Shown: piece after piece, positions 58,895 to 64,000 of the stretch | How the letters are laid out: every line of letters begins with the position of its first letter | How positions within the stretch are numbered: the stretch's first letter is position 1 | Source: Reclinomonas americana ATCC 50394 | Taxonomy: Eukaryota | DNA length: 64,000 nt | Assembly (NCBI GenBank): GCA_048213135.1 | Contig: PS015009.1 | Coordinates: 62,001 to 126,000 of the forward strand | Direction of reading: 5' to 3' | Notes under the pieces: model-generated | The model's database searches: none | What the model was told of the DNA's origin: nothing | Seen by the model: only the letters and a program-made list of their open reading frames with translations | Translations under genes and position numbers: made by a program

Positions 58895-60877
58895 ATGCTC
58901 ATCAGGTGGCGAGTTCCCAAAACCATACAATGGATAGTCAAACTATTCCTGGTCTACCTGTGCATATTCACCGCCTTCCGTATTGCCACTGTCATTTGCT
59001 TTAAACCCAAATCGATCCCTTATTGGGAACTGGGGCCTTCTTTCTGGCTGGGCCTGAAATATGACCTGCGCTGGATCGCCATCCTGTTACTGCCCATAGC
59101 GCTGCTGTCCCTTTTCCCGAAACTGTCGCCATTTGACAGTGAGCGTTCCAAAAAAGTGTGGACCATTTACCTGGGCATACTCACCCTGCTGGTTCTGTTT
59201 TTTTATGGGGCCGACTTTGGCCAGTTCGCCTACATCAATGCCCGGCTGAATGCCGATGCCCTCATCTTTGCCGAAGACCCGAGGGAGAGCCTGCAGATGA
59301 TCTGGCAGAGCTACCCGGTGGTGTGGATACTGGTGGGCCTTGTGGGCGCCGTGCTGATGATGGTGTGGATGTTTCGCCGTACTCATGTAGATGTGCACGA
59401 AAAAAACCAGAACATACACAAGTTTGCCTACCGCCGCCGCTGGCATGCAGCCGCCATCCTGTTGCTGGGCTGGTTCATTTACGGCTTTTTGATGATCAGG
59501 CCGCTCAATTTTTTCAAGGCCTTCAGTCTTAATGACGAATTCAAAAGCAACCTGGCCCTTAACCCGTTACAGAACTTCTTTACCACGCTGCGGTTCCGCG
59601 ACCCCGATCACAACACCCGGGCAAAAGAATATTACCCCGTTATTACCGACTTCCTGCAATTACAGCAATTCAATAATAAACCCAAAGGCTACCGCCGCCT
59701 GGTATACCCCGGCAGCCAGGCCCTGGAATGTCAACCCAATATTGTACTGGTGATCTGCGAAAGCTTCAGCATGTACAAAAGCAGTATGAGCGGCAACCCG
59801 CTCAACAGCACACCTTATTTTAATGAACTGTGTAAACAGGGTATCTTCTTCGACCGTTGCTTCTCTCCCACTTTCGGCACGGCCCGTGGTGTATTTGCCA
59901 CCATTACCGGCATACCCGATGTGCAGTTGTCAAAATTCGCCACCCGCAACGAAGAGAGCGTTAACCAGCATACCATCATCAATGAATTCGATGGTTATGA
60001 AAAATTCTATTTCATCGGCGGCAGGAGCCAGTTCAATAATTTCGGCGGACTCATCTCCAATATCAAAGGTGTACAGATGTATGAGGAAGGCGATTACAAA
60101 GCCGATAAACTGAATGTATGGGGCATCAGTGATAAGAACCTTTTCCTGGAGGCCAACAAAGTAATGGCAGCGCAGAAAAAACCATTCTTTGCCATTATAC
60201 AAACAGCCGATAACCATCGCCCCTTTAATTTACCTGAAGAAGACGTGGACTTTGTCCGCCGCAATGTGCCCGATGAAGAACTGAAGAAGTACGGGTTTGA
60301 ATCGCTGAAAGAATTCAATGCGTTCGCTTACACCGATTATTGTTATAAAAAATTCATAGAGGCCGCTTCCAAAGAGGATTACTTTGACAACACCATTTTT
60401 GTCTTTACCGGCGACCATGGCGTGGAAGGAAACGCGGAAGCAGTATATCCCAAAGCCTGGACAGAACAACGCCTGAGCGATGAACACATTCCCCTTCTTT
60501 TTTATTCCCCATCGCTGCTGGCACCGCAACACCGTACCGAAACCGTTTCGCAGATTGACATACTGCCCACCATTGCCGGCCTCATTCAGCAACCTTACCT
60601 GAACACCACGCTGGGCCGCGATCTTCTCGATCCCGGCAAAAAAAATAATGCCGCCTTTATTATCTATCATGCCCCGGGCTGGATTGGCGTGGTGACCGAC
60701 GATTATTTTTACAGGAAGAACATCCGGATCAATAAAGAAGAACTGGTTCCGGTAAAAGAAGGACTACCGGCATTGACACCACAGAGAGAGCAGGATCTGA
60801 AAAAAGAATTATCACAACTCACCAGCGCTATGTACGAGACCAGCCGCTGGATGCTGGTCAACAACAAGAATTACTAA
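58895..60877 (+). CDS. LTA synthase family membrane sulfatase, paralog
   Basis: Same architecture: NIVLVICESF, GTARG, GDHG and SQIDILPT motifs. Confidence 0.9.
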   Translation: MLIRWRVPKTIQWIVKLFLVYLCIFTAFRIATVICFKPKSIPYWELGPSFWLGLKYDLRWIAILLLPIALLSLFPKLSPFDSERSKKVWTIYLGILTLLVLFFYGADFGQFAYINARLNADALIFAEDPRESLQMIWQSYPVVWILVGLVGAVLMMVWMFRRTHVDVHEKNQNIHKFAYRRRWHAAAILLLGWFIYGFLMIRPLNFFKAFSLNDEFKSNLALNPLQNFFTTLRFRDPDHNTRAKEYYPVITDFLQLQQFNNKPKGYRRLVYPGSQALECQPNIVLVICESFSMYKSSMSGNPLNSTPYFNELCKQGIFFDRCFSPTFGTARGVFATITGIPDVQLSKFATRNEESVNQHTIINEFDGYEKFYFIGGRSQFNNFGGLISNIKGVQMYEEGDYKADKLNVWGISDKNLFLEANKVMAAQKKPFFAIIQTADNHRPFNLPEEDVDFVRRNVPDEELKKYGFESLKEFNAFAYTDYCYKKFIEAASKEDYFDNTIFVFTGDHGVEGNAEAVYPKAWTEQRLSDEHIPLLFYSPSLLAPQHRTETVSQIDILPTIAGLIQQPYLNTTLGRDLLDPGKKNNAAFIIYHAPGWIGVVTDDYFYRKNIRINKEELVPVKEGLPALTPQREQDLKKELSQLTSAMYETSRWMLVNNKNY

Positions 60878-61614
60878 CCTTTTTTCCTGGCTATCATGAT
60901 CAGCCGCGGCGACTTCCTGATGTCATAGTTGGTGAAAGCATAGTCGCCAAACACCTCTTGTATCTGCATTCCCTGGTAAGCAAACATTTCGGTAAAATCG
61001 CCCAGCGAGAATTTCGCCACTTTTTCCGTGAATATCATCGGCTCATTGTGGTTTTCATCTTCCACGATCACTTTCTTGTAAAAATGAGTTTCATCGTACC
61101 ATTTGGTGATGAGGAAGTTGATGCCATCGATCTCTTTCTCCGACTGGTGAATGGTATGGTCCTCGGCATAATGGACATTAAGATAGTCCATCACAAAGTA
61201 GCCGCCCGGCTTCACCGATTGGGCAATGCTGCGTATGGCATTGTCATGCTCACGCCGGGTATTGAAATAACCAAAGCTGGTGAAAAAGTTAAACGCGTAG
61301 TCGAAATAATTGATGCGGAAAGGCAGGCGCATATCATGCCTGTAAAAATGCAGGTACTCGTCCTGGTACTGTAAAGCCTCCTCTATACTGTCCTCGCTGA
61401 GGTCGATGCCGGTAACATCAAAACCTTTGCCCGCCAGTTGTATGGAGTGACGGCCTTTGCCGCAGGCCACATCGAGCATACGGCTGCCGGCAGGAGGCTG
61501 CAGGTAGGCGATCAGCTTGTCGATGAAAGCAGCTGCTTCATTCTCATCACGTTTAAAATACAACTGGTGATAGTAAGGTGAGTTGAACCAGTCTTTGAAC
61601 CAGGGGACTTGCAT
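60874..61614 (-). CDS. Class I SAM-dependent methyltransferase
   Basis: LDVACGKGRH, GIDLS and FTSFGYF motifs. Confidence 0.9.
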   Translation of the reverse strand: MQVPWFKDWFNSPYYHQLYFKRDENEAAAFIDKLIAYLQPPAGSRMLDVACGKGRHSIQLAGKGFDVTGIDLSEDSIEEALQYQDEYLHFYRHDMRLPFRINYFDYAFNFFTSFGYFNTRREHDNAIRSIAQSVKPGGYFVMDYLNVHYAEDHTIHQSEKEIDGINFLITKWYDETHFYKKVIVEDENHNEPMIFTEKVAKFSLGDFTEMFAYQGMQIQEVFGDYAFTNYDIRKSPRLIMIARKKG

Positions 61615-61747
61615 GCAGCAAATGTAGAATTATAATACCGGATTCCGGATACCAGGTGCCGGATTTTGGGCAGGATACAGGACCTGGTATCCGGCATATC
61701 GTATCCGTATTTACACTTATCTTTGCAGCCGTTAAATTTGAGAGGCA

Positions 61748-63127
61748 ATGGCACTGATAAAAAGTATTTCCGGAATACGTGGCACCATTGGAGGGAGAAC
61801 AAATGATAATCTTACCCCCGTTGACATCGTAAAATTCGCAGCGGCATACGGCACCTGGCTGATGCAGCAGGGCGATAATAAAAAAATAGTGATAGGCAGG
61901 GATGGAAGGATCAGCGGTGAAATGGTAAGCCAGCTGGTGGTGCATACACTCACCGGACTTGGCCTGGATATCATCGACCTGGGACACAGCACCACACCCA
62001 CCGTTGAAATGGCGGTTAAGTTCGAAGATGCCGCAGGAGGCATCATACTCACGGCCAGCCATAATCCCAAAGAATGGAATGCGCTCAAACTGCTCAACAG
62101 CAAAGGAGAGTTCATCAGTGGTGAAGAAGGCAAACTGATACTGGATATCGCCGCTAAAGAAGAATTTGATTTTGCCACGGTCGATAAACTGGGCGCCTGT
62201 ACTAATAATGACACCGCTTTGCAGCAGCATATCGACGCAATCCTACAGCATGAATGGGTAGATGCGGCCGCTATCAAAAAAGCGAAATTCAAAATTGTGG
62301 TGGATGCCGTTAACAGTACCGGCGCCATTGCGGTACCCGCGCTGCTGAAGGCACTCGGTATTAAAGACGTGACCGTACTCAATGCCGAAGTGAACGGTAA
62401 ATTCGCCCACAATCCCGAACCCCTGCCCGAGCACCTTACCGGCCTCAGCAATGAAGTCGTAAAACAGGGAGCGCACCTGGGCATTGCGGTTGACCCCGAC
62501 GTGGACAGGCTTTGCTTTGTGTGTGAAGATGGCAGTATGTTCGGCGAAGAGTATACCCTGGTAGCCGTTGCCGATTATGTACTCGGCAAACGCAAGGGCA
62601 ACACGGTTTCCAATATGTCGTCGACCAGGGCCCTGAAAGACGTCACCCTGAAACACGGCGGTGAATATTTCCCCAGCATGGTAGGTGAAGTGAACGTGGT
62701 GAATAAGATGAAAGCCGTTGACGCGGTGATCGGTGGAGAAGGTAACGGTGGTATCATTGTGCCGGACCTGCATTACGGCAGGGATGCGCTCATCGGCATT
62801 GCCCTGTTTCTCACGCACCTGGCCGCTAGCGGAAAAACGATCAAACAGTTACGCAGTACCTACCCCGATTATTTCATCAGCAAGAACAAGATCACGCTGG
62901 AAGGAGGTACCGACGTAAAAGCTATTTTTGAAAAGATCACAAAAAAATACAAGAACCAGCCCATCAACAGCGAAGACGGTCTGAAGATCGAATTCGACAA
63001 CGACTGGGTACACCTGCGCACCAGCAACACCGAGCCTATTATCCGCATATACGCCGAAAGTAATTTCGAGACCACCGCAGATAATATCGCCAAACGATTG
63101 ATGCAGGATATTGGAGAACTCATGTAA
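61748..63127 (+). CDS. glmM: Phosphoglucosamine mutase / phosphohexomutase
   Basis: TASHNP, DPDVDR, GGEGNGG and RTSNTEP motifs; -7 box TATCTTTG at 61718. Confidence 0.88.
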   Translation: MALIKSISGIRGTIGGRTNDNLTPVDIVKFAAAYGTWLMQQGDNKKIVIGRDGRISGEMVSQLVVHTLTGLGLDIIDLGHSTTPTVEMAVKFEDAAGGIILTASHNPKEWNALKLLNSKGEFISGEEGKLILDIAAKEEFDFATVDKLGACTNNDTALQQHIDAILQHEWVDAAAIKKAKFKIVVDAVNSTGAIAVPALLKALGIKDVTVLNAEVNGKFAHNPEPLPEHLTGLSNEVVKQGAHLGIAVDPDVDRLCFVCEDGSMFGEEYTLVAVADYVLGKRKGNTVSNMSSTRALKDVTLKHGGEYFPSMVGEVNVVNKMKAVDAVIGGEGNGGIIVPDLHYGRDALIGIALFLTHLAASGKTIKQLRSTYPDYFISKNKITLEGGTDVKAIFEKITKKYKNQPINSEDGLKIEFDNDWVHLRTSNTEPIIRIYAESNFETTADNIAKRLMQDIGELM

Positions 63128-63153
63128 TTCAAAAAAACGAATATTGCCAGCAT

Positions 63154-64000
63154 ATGGACAGGATCTACTTTGACAACGCCGCCACCACATCGCTCGACCC
63201 GCAGGTACTCGATGCCATGATGCCTTATCTCACCGAGAAATTCGGTAACCCCTCTTCTATCTATTCTTATGGCAGGGAAAGCCGTATGGCCATTGAAGCC
63301 GCACGTAAAAGCGTGGCGAAGATCCTGAATGCGCATCCCGCGGAAATTTTCTTTACCAGTGGTGGTACGGAAAGCAGCAACACGGCCATAACAGCCGCCA
63401 TCCGCGACCTGGGCTGCCGTCACATCATCACTTCACCAATAGAACACCACGCCGTATCCCATACGGTTGAGCATCTCGACAACCTGGATGTGGCCAAAGT
63501 TAGTTTTGTAAAACTGCTGCCCAATGGTCATATCGACCTCGAAGACCTGGAACGCCTGCTGGCCTCCAGTGACGACAAAACACTGGTTACGCTGATGCAT
63601 GCCAACAACGAGATTGGCAATATCCTCGACATGAACGCGGTGGGTGAACTCTGTAAATTATACAACGCCATCTTCCACAGCGATACGGTTCAAACCGTTG
63701 GCCATTTTCCTTTCGACCTTCGCAAAACACCAATACATTTCATCACCGGCGCATCGCATAAATTCCACGGACCAAAAGGCGTGGGCATTCTCTACATCAA
63801 CGAAAATGTGAAAATCAAACCATTCGTACACGGCGGCGCACAGGAACGCAACATGCGTGCGGGAACCGAGAACCTGTATGGCATTGTAGGTTTTGCCAAA
63901 GCGCTGGAATTGGCTACTGCCAATCATGAAACCGACAGCGCCCATATCGGCACACTGAAATATTATATGATGGATGAGCTGAAGAAAAATATCAAAGGCG
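63154..64000 (+). CDS. iscS: Cysteine desulfurase (IscS/NifS), runs off the window end
   Basis: MDRIYFDNAATT, FGNPSS, FTSGGTES, MHANNEIG, HKFHGPKG and RAGTEN motifs. Confidence 0.92.
   Translation, partial: MDRIYFDNAATTSLDPQVLDAMMPYLTEKFGNPSSIYSYGRESRMAIEAARKSVAKILNAHPAEIFFTSGGTESSNTAITAAIRDLGCRHIITSPIEHHAVSHTVEHLDNLDVAKVSFVKLLPNGHIDLEDLERLLASSDDKTLVTLMHANNEIGNILDMNAVGELCKLYNAIFHSDTVQTVGHFPFDLRKTPIHFITGASHKFHGPKGVGILYINENVKIKPFVHGGAQERNMRAGTENLYGIVGFAKALELATANHETDSAHIGTLKYYMMDELKKNIKG

Overview
Chromosomal window from a Bacteroidota genome, most likely Chitinophagaceae, judged from TAnnTTTG promoters, T9SS cargo proteins and futalosine mqnB/mqnD genes. It is mostly housekeeping: tdk, waaA, a nucleotide-sugar operon, accC/accB/efp, mdh, fabD, folE/queD, photolyase, trpS, gatC, fabI, recN, peptidases, two LTA-synthase-family paralogs, glmM and iscS. 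There is one assembly gap near 4.35 kb and no rRNA, tRNA, CRISPR array or transposase. The most interesting part is a regulatory island at about 30-38 kb with four NarL/LuxR response regulators, one sensor-less histidine kinase and a 7-TM membrane protein lacking a canonical start codon. An unannotated ~900-bp intergenic region in the island holds arrays of GTA-N4-TAC boxes, a ~125-nt candidate sRNA with four UCCAA motifs, and a 14-codon peptide ORF (MVINFIEALAEFFC) whose start codon lies inside a long hairpin. This may be an undescribed peptide/sRNA signalling circuit (inference). Also notable are an EF-P with an Arg32 'KTARAAA' loop and a dispersed ~120-bp structured repeat present in five copies. 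All product calls come from motif recognition by eye; no database searches were run.
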